From Betaproteobacteria bacterium (lineage in GTDB: Bacteria > Pseudomonadota > Gammaproteobacteria > Burkholderiales > Burkholderiaceae_C), in contig JADJWD010000005.1 in the NCBI GenBank assembly GCA_016716535.1, positions 545,385 through 609,384 of the forward strand: a stretch of DNA of 64,000 bases, read 5' to 3'. The notes below the pieces were generated by a model. It worked only from the letters and a program-made list of their open reading frames with translations. It was not told the origin of the DNA and did not search any database. Within the stretch, counting starts at the first letter, position 1. Every line of letters starts with the position of its first letter. The position numbers and the translations under genes are program-made. This document shows positions 8,325 through 17,606 of the stretch, one piece after another.

Positions 8325-9938
8325 TCAAAACCACCCGTGCACCGACAACTGCGCCCAGCGGCGCCAGTAACGCGCGCCGGAGGTGCCGCTGCTGGCCAGC
8401 CCCAGCGACTGGCCGGAGCCACCTGCGGCGGCGCGCAGGCGCCAGCCGGGGGCGGTGTCCAGGCCGGCGGCGATTTCCCACAAATGCGGCGCGCCGCGGC
8501 TCGCGTTGCCGGCGGTGTCGACCTCACGCGAGCGGGCGAGCCCCGCGCGCGCTTCCAGCGCCCACGGCCGCTGCTCCCAGCTGGCGCCGGCGACGATGCG
8601 CGCCTCGTCATAGCGGCGCGGGTTCCAGTAGCCGCGCGCATCGGCGTTGGCGCCGAGGCTCGTGCGCTCGAGCCGGTGCCACTCGCCGCCGAGGGTGAGG
8701 CGCGGGCGCGTGACGAGCGCCCACTCGGCGCGGCCGAAGAGGCGCTGGCGCGCCGTGCCGTCGTCGAAGCGCAGCCGCGCGGCGCTGCCGGCGAGTGCCA
8801 GCCGCTCGTCGCGGCGCCAGTCCAGGCCGATCGACGTGACATCGACCGTCACGCGGTTGGCGAACGCGCGCGGCGTCTCGATCAGTTCGCGCGAGTGCTC
8901 GGCATCGACGCGCCAGCGGTCGGCAGGGATCCACTTGACGCGCGCCGTCGAGGTGAACGGGTGCCAGCCGCCGACGCTGCCACCGCCGACGCGATGCGTG
9001 CGCAGCACGAGCTGCGGCCACCAGGTGCCGGTGGGCGAATCGGGTTCGCCGAGACGCAGCCGCGCGGCCGCTTCGAACGTGGTTGCCGAAGCGGCGCCGA
9101 AGTCGTCGTCGAGCGCGACGCGCCGGCCGCCGAGCTCGACCGCCGCGCCGGCCAGTGGCTGCATGCCGGCGCCAAGCGACAGCGCCCGCGTGCGCAACGT
9201 GTCGCGGTCCTCGGTCGCCTCGAGCCCGCCGAAGGCGTACGGGGCCACGTCGCGCGCGACGCGCCAGTCGCGCAGCCATTGCGACTCGCTGCCGGTGGCC
9301 TCACGCAGCAGTGGCCAGGCGCGGTCTTCGTAGCCGGCCCAGCGCCAGGCGCGGGCGAGGTCGAGCCGCTCGGCCTCGGTGACGGGCGGCGACCATCGGC
9401 GGAAGACGGCGATCGCGTCGCGGTGGCGGCCGGCGGTGTTCAGCGCCTGCCCGAGCGCCCAGCCGATCGCGCGGTCGTTCGGGTGCAGGCGTGATGCCTC
9501 TTCGAAGAGCGGCAGTGCCGTCGTCGCGTCGGTCGACCACAAGGTCTGCCAGGCGAGCGAGGGCACGATGTCGGCGCGGCGCGCCGGCGCCACGGCGAGC
9601 GCCTGCCGGTACAGCGCCGCGGCGCGCGCGTTGCGGTCGGCCCAGCCGAAGACACGCGCGGCCTCGATCAGCAGGTCGGCGTCGGTGCCGGCGCCTTCGA
9701 CGAGCCGCTCGTACAGCGGCAACGCGGTGGCGAAGTCGCGCCGGTCGGTGGCGGCGCGGGCGCGTGCACGCAGCGTGGCGGGGTCGGGTTCGGTCGTGGC
9801 GGTGTCGCCTTCAGTAGCGCCGGTCGCGCCACCTGCACCGCGGGCTGCGGCACCCGCTTGCGGCGATGCGCTCTGCGCCGCGGCCACCAACGGCCACGCC
9901 GCGAGCATCGCAATGCAAACCGCTGCGAGCCGCCTCAT
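8325..9938 (-). CDS. TPR-repeat plus C-terminal beta-barrel outer-membrane protein (PgaA-like exopolysaccharide porin)
   Basis: Signal peptide MRRLAAVCIAMLAAWPLVAAAQS, TPR-like N-terminal half, and a beta-strand-rich C-terminal half ending in the aromatic OMP signature ...LSVHGWF. The ATG overlaps the GT2 stop (ATGA at 9935-9938). The longer 989-aa ORF is an artefact. Confidence 0.6.
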   Translation of the reverse strand: MRRLAAVCIAMLAAWPLVAAAQSASPQAGAAARGAGGATGATEGDTATTEPDPATLRARARAATDRRDFATALPLYERLVEGAGTDADLLIEAARVFGWADRNARAAALYRQALAVAPARRADIVPSLAWQTLWSTDATTALPLFEEASRLHPNDRAIGWALGQALNTAGRHRDAIAVFRRWSPPVTEAERLDLARAWRWAGYEDRAWPLLREATGSESQWLRDWRVARDVAPYAFGGLEATEDRDTLRTRALSLGAGMQPLAGAAVELGGRRVALDDDFGAASATTFEAAARLRLGEPDSPTGTWWPQLVLRTHRVGGGSVGGWHPFTSTARVKWIPADRWRVDAEHSRELIETPRAFANRVTVDVTSIGLDWRRDERLALAGSAARLRFDDGTARQRLFGRAEWALVTRPRLTLGGEWHRLERTSLGANADARGYWNPRRYDEARIVAGASWEQRPWALEARAGLARSREVDTAGNASRGAPHLWEIAAGLDTAPGWRLRAAAGGSGQSLGLASSGTSGARYWRRWAQLSVHGWF

Positions 9939-11236
9939 GCCGTCTTCCCCGTGCGCGCCGTCTGCCAGCGCACCGGCTGCGCCTTCGGGCGCTTGAACAG
10001 GTACGGCATCGCGATCACCGTCGTCAGCGCCAGCAACGCCCAGTAGACGATCGGGTACCACACCGCATACGGCAGGTAGCGCAGCACCTGCGGGTCGTAG
10101 CGGCGGTCGATGAGCACGCCGGTGGTCAGCTGGGCGATGCACAGCGTCGCGATCGACATGCCCCAGAGGTTCGGGATCGGGCTTGCGCCGATCGGCGGCA
10201 CGCCGGCCAGGTACGACACGGTCCACAGCGTCGTCAGGAACACGAAGCACAGCGACCACAGGATCGACAGCGCCGACTCGACGAACACCGGCCACAGCCG
10301 CCGGCAGTTCCAGGTGGTGAGCACGTCGCGGTGCTTGTGCAGCACCTGCGCGAGGCCGCGCGCCCAGCGCAGGCGCTGGTGGAAGTGGCCGCGGTAGCTC
10401 TGCGGCACCGTCATCCAGCAGATCGCGCGCGGCTCGTAGCGCACGTCGTAGTGGCGCTTTTGCAGCTTCCACGTCAGCTCGATGTCCTCGGTGGGCATGT
10501 TCGGGCTGAAGCCGCCGACGTCGGCCACCGCGCTCTTGCGCAGCGCCGCGACGACGCCCGAGACGGTGACGATGCGGCCCCAGATGCGCTGCGCGCGGCG
10601 CAAGAGGCTGATGATCGAGCTGAACTCCACCGACTGCAGCCGCGCGAGGAAGTTCTTCGTGTTCAGCACGCGCGGGTTGCCGGTGACGGCGGCCACCCGC
10701 GGCGAATCGAAGTGCGGCACGATCCAGTTCAGCAGCTGCGCCTCGGGCTCGGCGTCGGCATCCAGCGCCAGCAGGATTTCGCCGCGCGCCAGCGGCAGCG
10801 CGTCGTTCAAGGCCATCGCCTTGCCTTCGTTGACGTTCTTGCTGACCAGGCGCAGCCGCCGGTCGGCCAGGAGCGGCGCGAGCGCGGCGACCGTGCCGTC
10901 GCGCGAGCCGTCGTCGATGACGAGCACCTCGAAGCGCGGGTAGTCGAGCGCCAGCATCGCGCGCACCGAGCGCGCGATCACCGCCTCCTCGTTGTGTGCC
11001 GGCACGAGCAGCGTGACGAAGGGGCGCTCGCCTGCCTCGCGTCCACCGGCCCCGTGCGCGCCGGCGGCCGCATCGGGCGGCGGCGGGGGTGTCGCGTTCT
11101 CCCAGCGCATGCGGAACAGCAGCGCGGTGATGATCCACATGATGCTGGTGACGATCGGGTAGGCGGCGAAGAAGACCAGCACGATCCAGTACGGCGGCGA
11201 CGACTGGACCGCCAGCAGCAGCGACTCGAGGCTCAT
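9935..11236 (-). CDS. Family-2 processive glycosyltransferase, PgaC/IcaA-like (poly-beta-1,6-GlcNAc synthase type)
   Basis: Motifs VLVIDDGSRDGT, LALDADAEPE, PTEDIELTWKL and QRLRWARG, with flanking TM helices. Confidence 0.8.
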   Translation of the reverse strand: MSLESLLLAVQSSPPYWIVLVFFAAYPIVTSIMWIITALLFRMRWENATPPPPPDAAAGAHGAGGREAGERPFVTLLVPAHNEEAVIARSVRAMLALDYPRFEVLVIDDGSRDGTVAALAPLLADRRLRLVSKNVNEGKAMALNDALPLARGEILLALDADAEPEAQLLNWIVPHFDSPRVAAVTGNPRVLNTKNFLARLQSVEFSSIISLLRRAQRIWGRIVTVSGVVAALRKSAVADVGGFSPNMPTEDIELTWKLQKRHYDVRYEPRAICWMTVPQSYRGHFHQRLRWARGLAQVLHKHRDVLTTWNCRRLWPVFVESALSILWSLCFVFLTTLWTVSYLAGVPPIGASPIPNLWGMSIATLCIAQLTTGVLIDRRYDPQVLRYLPYAVWYPIVYWALLALTTVIAMPYLFKRPKAQPVRWQTARTGKTA

Positions 11237-11682
11237 GAGTGCGCGGCGGGCTCGTCGCCAACGGGGTTTGCCGCGGCCGCGCCCGGGTCGGCACCGTGCG
11301 CCACGTAGCGCTTGTGCTCGCCCTCGACGACGATCAGCACCCGCTGCGCATCGGCCAGCGCCTCGAAGTCGCCGGTCACCGCGCGGCCGTTGAAGTCGAC
11401 CGTGTAGCGCAGCGTCGCCGCCGGCACGGCGCGCCGCGGCCCCTTGCGGCGGTGGATGCCGCGGTTGTGCAGGATCCACGAGACGGTGACGACCGGCACG
11501 ACGACGGCCGCGCCGACGACCAGTGCGCGCAGCGTGTCGAAGTCGGGGTGCCCGGCCAGCACGCGGTGCCAGCCCCAGACGAACAGCGCCCAGCCGGCGA
11601 TGATCGCCAGCACGTGCGCCGCGCGCTGCCAGCCGCCGGGGGCGCTGGCACGCGGCGAGGTCAAGCCCGTGCCGGCGTGCAC
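11233..11682 (-). CDS. Small two-TM inner-membrane protein (PgaD-like role possible)
   Basis: 149 aa with two hydrophobic helices (VLAIIAGWALFVWGW; LVVGAAVVVPVVTVSWIL) followed by a basic patch. Its stop overlaps the GT2 ATG (ATGA at 11233-11236). Confidence 0.45.
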   Translation of the reverse strand: MHAGTGLTSPRASAPGGWQRAAHVLAIIAGWALFVWGWHRVLAGHPDFDTLRALVVGAAVVVPVVTVSWILHNRGIHRRKGPRRAVPAATLRYTVDFNGRAVTGDFEALADAQRVLIVVEGEHKRYVAHGADPGAAAANPVGDEPAAHS

Positions 11683-12686
11683 TCAGTGCGTGGCCCGCTC
11701 GGCCCAGGCAGCCGCCGCAGGCGTTGCAGGCGCGCTCGGGCCGCGGGCAGGCCGGGCAGGGCGAGCAGGGCCATGAGGCCGATCAGCGCCAGCGCCCAGG
11801 CCGGCGGCTCGGGCACCTCGGAGGCGCTGACCAGGTGCGTCGTCGGCACCGAGGTCCACTCGCAATCGGCGGTGCAGCCGCTTGCCCAGCGCAGGTCGAC
11901 GACGCCGGCGCCGAGGTGGTTCCAGGCGCCGAGTTCGAAGCCGTACAGCCCCGCGTCGAGCACGAGGTTCTCGGCGAAGCCCACGCGCAGCGGCGGGTTC
12001 AGGTAGTCGCGGCCGATTGCCAGCTCGTCGCCGCCGGCGCCGATCAGGCGGAAGAAGAAGCCGTCGTCGTGCAGCACGCCGAAGTTGTACTCGCCGGGGT
12101 CGGTGATGCGGATGTAGCCCGAGTAGCGCGCGGTCCAGTTGTGCTGCGCCAGCGCGCCGGCCTCGGCATTACCGCAGTCGCCCAGGTCGGGCGCGGGCGA
12201 GAAGAACGGCAGCAGCGGCACCGTGCCGCCATGGCATTCGTTGTAGCGTGAGTTGGCATGGCTGACGCCGGGCAGCACGTCAGTGAAGCTCTCGACGATG
12301 GCGCCGCTGGCGGCGCTGCTCTGCCCGGCGGCGGCCTGCTGCACGGCGAGCCAGTCGACCTGGCCCCACAGCCCCGTGCCCCAGCGGAAGGTACTGACCG
12401 GCACGCCGCTGCCGAAGGTGCCGGCGTCTTCGTTCCACAGCACGGCGCTGCCGGCCCAGGCGTTGTCGATGCGATGGAAGGCCGCATCGGCGCCTGAGCC
12501 GTCGGCGAAGGTGCCCGCGTACTGCGGCGCCAGCACATACGCGGCCCCGGCCGGCGCGATGCACGCCAGCGAAGCGATGGCCGCGGCGGCGGCGCGCAGT
12601 GCGCGGCTCGAGCGGCTGAGCCTGCGACGATCAAAGTGCCGTGACGGCGTGAACGAGTTCATGTCGTGCCCATGGGAATCCATCAA
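11661..12686 (-). CDS. Secreted PEP-CTERM-anchored protein with a PA14/GLEYA-like domain
   Basis: N-terminal signal (AAAAIASLACIAPAGAA), PA14-like YSGYIRITDPGEYNFGVLHDDGFFFRL, and a C-terminal sorting signal VPEPPAWALALIGLMALLALPGLPAARAR (PEP motif, TM helix, Arg cluster). Confidence 0.75.
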   Translation of the reverse strand: MMDSHGHDMNSFTPSRHFDRRRLSRSSRALRAAAAAIASLACIAPAGAAYVLAPQYAGTFADGSGADAAFHRIDNAWAGSAVLWNEDAGTFGSGVPVSTFRWGTGLWGQVDWLAVQQAAAGQSSAASGAIVESFTDVLPGVSHANSRYNECHGGTVPLLPFFSPAPDLGDCGNAEAGALAQHNWTARYSGYIRITDPGEYNFGVLHDDGFFFRLIGAGGDELAIGRDYLNPPLRVGFAENLVLDAGLYGFELGAWNHLGAGVVDLRWASGCTADCEWTSVPTTHLVSASEVPEPPAWALALIGLMALLALPGLPAARARLQRLRRLPGPSGPRTECTPARA

Positions 12687-12726
12687 CCCCTCAGAGTAGC
12701 CGACGATAACGCGGCGATGCCGCCGA

Positions 12727-12746
12727 AATGCGCCGTCGGCGTGCCG
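12727..12746 (-). promoter_or_regulatory. Candidate sigma-54 (-24/-12) promoter for the PEP-CTERM protein operon
   Basis: Minus strand reads cGGCACGccgacgGCg. GG and GC have canonical spacing, and the -12 GC lies about 45 nt upstream of the ATG at 12686. The -12 flank is poor (no TTGC). Confidence 0.25.
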
Positions 12747-12808
12747 ATGTTGCGTTGCGCGAAGCAGCGCAGGGCGATGGTGCGCTCGCCGATGACAGAA
12801 TCCCCCGC

Positions 12809-13816
12809 ATGAAAGTACTGGTCACCGGCGCCGCCGGCTTCATCGGCAGCACCGCCTCGCTGCGCCTGCTGGCGCGTGGCGACGAGGTCGTCGGCCTGGA
12901 CAACCTGAACGACTATTACGACGTTCGGCTGAAGGAGGCGCGCCTCGCGCGGCTGACGCCGAACGCGCGCTTTCGCTTCGCGAAGCTCGACGTCGCCGAC
13001 CGCGCCGGCATGGAGGCGCTGTTCGCGAAGGAGCGCTTCGACCGCGTCATCCACCTCGCCGCGCAGGCGGGCGTGCGCTACTCGCTGAAGAACCCGCAGG
13101 CCTACGTCGACAGCAACGTCGTGGGCTTCATGAACATCCTCGAAGGTTGCCGGCACCACGGCGTGCAGCACCTCGTCTACGCCTCCAGCTCCAGCGTCTA
13201 CGGCGGCAACACGAAGATGCCGTTCTCCGAGCACGACAGCGTCGACCATCCGGTCAGCATGTACGCGGCGACGAAGAAGGCCAACGAGCTGATGGCGCAC
13301 ACGTACAGCCACCTGTTCGGGCTGCCGACGACGGGCCTGCGCTTCTTCACCGTCTACGGGCCCTGGGGGCGGCCGGACATGGCGCTGTTCCTGTTCACGA
13401 AGGCGATCCTCGAAGGCAAGCCGATCGACGTGTTCAACCACGGCCGCATGCAGCGCGACTTCACCTACGTCGACGACATCGTCGAAGGCGTGATCCGCGT
13501 GCTCGACAAGACGGCGACGCCGAACCCGGCCTACCGCGCCGAGACGCCCGATCCGGGCACGAGCAACGTGCCGTTCCGCGTCTTCAACATCGGCAACCAC
13601 AACCCGGTGCCGCTCTTGGACTTCATCGGCTGCATCGAAGAGTCGCTCGGCAGCAAGGCCGAGAAGAACCTGCTGCCGCTGCAGGACGGCGACGTGCCGG
13701 CGACCTACGCCGATGTCGATGCGCTGAAGGACTGGGTCGGCTTCACGCCGGCCACCGACATCCGCATTGGCATCGGCCGCTTCGTCGACTGGTATCGCGC
13801 GTACTACAAGGTCTGA
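12809..13816 (+). CDS. NAD-dependent nucleotide-sugar epimerase (UDP-glucuronate 4-epimerase family)
   Basis: [14 protein letters not shown] Rossmann motif, catalytic YAATKKANE (YxxxK), and overall SDR extended-family layout. Confidence 0.85.
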   Translation: MKVLVTGAAGFIGSTASLRLLARGDEVVGLDNLNDYYDVRLKEARLARLTPNARFRFAKLDVADRAGMEALFAKERFDRVIHLAAQAGVRYSLKNPQAYVDSNVVGFMNILEGCRHHGVQHLVYASSSSVYGGNTKMPFSEHDSVDHPVSMYAATKKANELMAHTYSHLFGLPTTGLRFFTVYGPWGRPDMALFLFTKAILEGKPIDVFNHGRMQRDFTYVDDIVEGVIRVLDKTATPNPAYRAETPDPGTSNVPFRVFNIGNHNPVPLLDFIGCIEESLGSKAEKNLLPLQDGDVPATYADVDALKDWVGFTPATDIRIGIGRFVDWYRAYYKV

Positions 13817-13821
13817 CGCGC

Positions 13822-13890
13822 GAGACCGTTCGCAATCAAGCCCTTCGACAGGCTCAGGGCGGCTTCGACAAGCTCAGCCCGAACGGTTCT
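13822..13890. repeat. REP-like element pair forming a hairpin between convergent genes
   Basis: Two tandem copies of CTTCGACA(G/A)GCTCAG(G/C)(G/C)C, flanked by the inverted repeat ACCGTTCG (13825-13832) / CGAACGGT (13880-13887). Related to 8295-8320. Confidence 0.5.
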
Positions 13891-13895
13891 TGGCG

Positions 13896-14765
13896 TCAGC
13901 GCGGCGGCGGCGCCGCCTGCCGCGCCTCGTCGAGCAGCGCACGCAGGTGCTGCACCGGTATCGCGTAGGTGATGCCGGTTGGCGCCGACAGCGCCGTCTC
14001 GCGGCTGCCGCGCACGAGCACCATGTTGACGACGCCGATCACCTCGCCGGTGTCGGCGTCGAGCACCGGCCCGCCGCTGTTGCCGGGGTAGGCAGTGGCG
14101 TCGAGTTGCAGCACCTCGAAGTTGCCGGCGCGCAGCCGCGCCAGCGCGCGTGGGTCGAGCTGCGCGGCGGTGGGCGCCGGCAATGCCACGGTGGTGACCG
14201 ACGCGACGATGCCGCGGTGCGTGACCGGCGAGAAGCCGAGCGCGCCGCCGATCGGGTAGCCCATCAGCGCGATCGTCTTGCCTTCTTCCGCACGCCGCGC
14301 GCCGGCCAGCGCCAGCGGCGGCAGCGCCGGGCCATCCAGGCGCAGCAGCGCCACGTCGTGCGCGCGGTCGGTGGACACGAGCGTCGCGAAGCGCACGTCG
14401 CCGGCCTCGCGCCCGGGCGCCGCGTTCTGCGCCAGCACGGCCAGGCGCGCACCGGGCTCGATCTCATTCGGCAGCACGTGCGCATTGGTCGCGACGTGGT
14501 GGCCGTCGCCGACGACAAAACCGCTGCCGCGAAAGCCGAAGCGCGGCGTCGCTGTCGGGCTGTAGGTGCCGACCGGCAGCACCGAAGGCCGCGCGCGCGC
14601 GACGACGGCGCGTAGATCAGGTGTCGGCGTCGAAGCGGCCGCCGCGCCGGCACCCTGCGCCAGCGCGAGCGGCCCATGCGCGACGCCCGCCAGCGCCAGC
14701 ACCGCGGCGCCGAGCAGGCGCAGCGACATGGCCCGCACGTCGCTCACTGCCCGCGCGCCGCTCAC
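13896..14765 (-). CDS. Secreted trypsin-like serine protease (S1C/DegP-like, no PDZ domain seen)
   Basis: Triad contexts TNAHV, DVALLRL and GNSGGPV. Signal peptide MSLRLLGAAVLALAGVAHG (start may be 14729). Lies 5 bp downstream of prsT on the same strand. Confidence 0.8.
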   Translation of the reverse strand: MSGARAVSDVRAMSLRLLGAAVLALAGVAHGPLALAQGAGAAAASTPTPDLRAVVARARPSVLPVGTYSPTATPRFGFRGSGFVVGDGHHVATNAHVLPNEIEPGARLAVLAQNAAPGREAGDVRFATLVSTDRAHDVALLRLDGPALPPLALAGARRAEEGKTIALMGYPIGGALGFSPVTHRGIVASVTTVALPAPTAAQLDPRALARLRAGNFEVLQLDATAYPGNSGGPVLDADTGEVIGVVNMVLVRGSRETALSAPTGITYAIPVQHLRALLDEARQAAPPPR

Positions 14766-14770
14766 GCCGT

Positions 14771-17554
14771 TCAGCGCGAGAGCTTCAGCAACTCGGCCAC
14801 CTCGGCCTGCGCGGCGAACTTGTCGCCCAGCCGCGACAGGTCTTCGAGCTCGGCGCGGGCCTGCGGCTTCTCGCCGGCCTTCAGGTGCAACCGCGCCAGG
14901 TTCAGGCGCAGGTTCGGGTCGTTGCGCTCGATCTGCACGGCGCGCTTTTGCACGTCGACGGCGCGCTTGATCTCGCCCTCGGCGGCCAGCGCCGTGGCCA
15001 GCGTGTCCATCAGCTGCGGCCGGTTGGGCAGGATCTGGTTGGCCTGCTCGGCCAGCGGCACCGCGCCCGTCTTGCCCTGCTTGGCCATCAGCCAGGCGAC
15101 GTTGTTCAACGCCAGCGCGTTGCGCGGCTGCACTTCGAGCACGGCGCGGTAGTGCTTCTCGCCGGCGGCGTAGTCCGAGCGCGACATCGCCATGTCGCCC
15201 AGGTAGTAGCTGAAGCCGAAGTCGCGCGGGTGCTCGCGCTGCCAGTCGGCGACGAGCTTCTCGGCCTCGGCCCGCTGGCCGCCGGCAAAGAGCGCCTGGT
15301 GCAGCCGGATCGCGAGGTCGGTGCTGCGCGCCATCGTGAAGGCTTTGCGGTAGGCGGCGATCGCGGCCGGCCAGTTGCGCTGCTGGCGCTCGACGTCACC
15401 CTCGAGCTGGAAGCCGCTCGTCTCCTTCGGGTTCGACTTCTGCAGCTCGCGCGCAATGGCGCGCGCCTCGTCGGGCCGGTTCTGCTGCAACGCGAGCGCC
15501 GCCATGCTGCGCTTGGCGGCGAACGAGCCGGGCTCGATCTCGAGCGCCTTGCGCAGCGCGTTGCGCGCCGAGGCGAGGTCCTTCGCCGCCACGTGTGCTT
15601 CGGCCAGGCGCAGCTGGTGGATGGCCTCGGTCGGGTGGCGCGTGGCCATCTGGCCGAAGGTGGCCGCGGCCTGGCGCGCATCGCCGGCGGCCAGCTGCGC
15701 GCGGCCGAGCGTCGCCTGCACGTCGTTGTTGCCGGGCAGCGCCGCGGCGGCGTCCTGCGCCGCGACCAGCGCGCCTTGCGCGTCACCCATGCGCAGCAGG
15801 TGATCCACGTACAGCAGGCGCGGCTGCGGCTGCGCCGGGTTGGCCTTGACGGCCGCGGCGTAGATCTGCCCCACCTCCGCGCCGGTGCCGCCGGTGCGCG
15901 CGGTGACCTCGGCCAGCGCGATGCGCGCCTGCACGCTCATCGGGTCGGCGGTGACGAGGTCCTGCAGGCGCTTGCGCGCCGCGTCGTTGCGGTTGGCGGC
16001 CAGGTCCAGCGCGGCCAGCGCCGAGACGGCGGGCACGAACTTGGGCTCCTTCTTCAGCGCCGCCTCGAAAGCCGCGGTGGCGCCGGCGGTGTCCTTCTTG
16101 GCCAGCAGGATGCGGCCGCGCAGCAGCTCGGGCAGCGCGCGGTCGGGCAGCTTCTTTTGCAGCGCGTCCACCGCCTTCAATGCGCCGGCGGTGTCGCCGC
16201 TGCGCAGGCGGCCGGAGATGATCGCCATGTCGGCGCGCGTGCCGCCGTCGCTGGCGGCGATCGACTCCAGCGCTGCGAGTGCGGGCTGCGTCTCGCCGCG
16301 CACGTACTGCGCCAGCGCCACGCTGGTGCGCACGCGCGTGTCGTTCGGCGAGGCCTTCGCGGCCTGCTGGAAATACACGTCGGCGCGCTTCGAGTCGCCC
16401 AGCATCATCTGCGCCTCGCCGGCCAGCGCCAGCGTCGGGCCGTCGGCCGTCTTCTGCTCGATGGCCGGGGCGAGCGTCTCCATCGCCTTGGCCGGCTGGC
16501 CGGTGCGCAGGTAGGTCTGCGCCAGCAGTTGCCGCGTCGGCAGGTGCTGCGGCACGGCGCGCAACGCGCGGCTGAGGTTCGACTCGGCCTGGTTGAACGC
16601 GCCGAGGCGGAAGTCGGCGCCGCCGGCCAGCATCAGCAGGCGCGGGTTCTCGGGCATGGCGCGCAACAGCCGCGAGGCGATGTCGCGCGCGGCCTGCGCG
16701 TCGCCACCTTGCAGCGCGTACTGCGCTTCGAGGAAGAGCGTGTCCGGATGCTGCGGCGCGGCCTGCTTCAACGCCTGGAACTGCGTCTTCGCCTCGGCTT
16801 GGCGGCCGGCCTCGCCATGGATCGAGATCAGCGCCATGTGCGCGGCCACGGCCTTCGGGTTGGCGGCGACGGTCTTCGTCAGCGCTGCCACCGCGCCAGC
16901 CTCGTCGCGCTTGCCGCGCCACAGCAGCTCGCCCTTCAGCGTGCCGGCGCGCTCGTTGGCGGGCTCGCGTGCCAGCGCCTCGTCGAGCATCTTCAGCGCG
17001 CCGTCGATGTCGTTGTCGCCGGCCTTCACGCGCGCCTGCAGGACGACGGCGGGGATGTGCTGCGGGTTGGCCTGCAGCGCGCGGGCGCTCGCGTCCTTGG
17101 CCTTGTCGGCCTGGCCGGCCAGCGCGTACGCGACGGCCACGCTCGTCAACAGGTCGGCCTGCGCCAGCGACTTGCCGAGTGTCGTGGCGCCGAACTGGCT
17201 GAGCACGCCGGCGTGGTCGCCGGTCATCAGCATCGCGCGCACGAGGTCGGGCACGACCACGTCGTCGGCGTACTTCATGTCGCGCGCGCGGCGCAGCTCG
17301 ACCAGGGCGCCGGTCGCGTCGCCGGATTCCAGCAGCGCCTTGCCGAGCAGGTAGCGGCCTTCGGCCGAGTTGGCGTTGCGCTGGAGCAGGCTCTTCAGCT
17401 GGATCGTTGCCGCCTTGTAGTCCTTCTTCGCCAGGTACTCCTGGGCCGAGGTGAGGAGCTGGCCCTCGGAGTCGCCACCGCTGCAGCCGCCGAGCAGCGC
17501 GGCGGCAATGACCAGGGCGGCAAGCGCGGCGGGTGTCTTCAGGAAGTGATGCAC
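14771..17554 (-). CDS. prsT: PEP-CTERM system TPR-repeat lipoprotein PrsT
   Basis: 927 aa with lipobox LLGGCSG and TPR repeats throughout. Located beside prsK/prsR. Confidence 0.85.
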   Translation of the reverse strand: MHHFLKTPAALAALVIAAALLGGCSGGDSEGQLLTSAQEYLAKKDYKAATIQLKSLLQRNANSAEGRYLLGKALLESGDATGALVELRRARDMKYADDVVVPDLVRAMLMTGDHAGVLSQFGATTLGKSLAQADLLTSVAVAYALAGQADKAKDASARALQANPQHIPAVVLQARVKAGDNDIDGALKMLDEALAREPANERAGTLKGELLWRGKRDEAGAVAALTKTVAANPKAVAAHMALISIHGEAGRQAEAKTQFQALKQAAPQHPDTLFLEAQYALQGGDAQAARDIASRLLRAMPENPRLLMLAGGADFRLGAFNQAESNLSRALRAVPQHLPTRQLLAQTYLRTGQPAKAMETLAPAIEQKTADGPTLALAGEAQMMLGDSKRADVYFQQAAKASPNDTRVRTSVALAQYVRGETQPALAALESIAASDGGTRADMAIISGRLRSGDTAGALKAVDALQKKLPDRALPELLRGRILLAKKDTAGATAAFEAALKKEPKFVPAVSALAALDLAANRNDAARKRLQDLVTADPMSVQARIALAEVTARTGGTGAEVGQIYAAAVKANPAQPQPRLLYVDHLLRMGDAQGALVAAQDAAAALPGNNDVQATLGRAQLAAGDARQAAATFGQMATRHPTEAIHQLRLAEAHVAAKDLASARNALRKALEIEPGSFAAKRSMAALALQQNRPDEARAIARELQKSNPKETSGFQLEGDVERQQRNWPAAIAAYRKAFTMARSTDLAIRLHQALFAGGQRAEAEKLVADWQREHPRDFGFSYYLGDMAMSRSDYAAGEKHYRAVLEVQPRNALALNNVAWLMAKQGKTGAVPLAEQANQILPNRPQLMDTLATALAAEGEIKRAVDVQKRAVQIERNDPNLRLNLARLHLKAGEKPQARAELEDLSRLGDKFAAQAEVAELLKLSR

Positions 17555-17606
17555 GGCAGGATGCCTCCTCGAAGCAAGATGGAGCGAGAGATGGGGAAAG
17601 CGGCGG

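Noticed and set aside
8325-11294. The 989-aa ORF read as a single giant protein.
   Set aside because: Its first about 450 residues are an out-of-frame overlap of the GT2 gene. A proper signal peptide (MRRLAAVCIAMLAAWPLVAAAQS) starts at 9938 with an ATGA overlap to the GT2 stop, so the real gene is 8325..9938.
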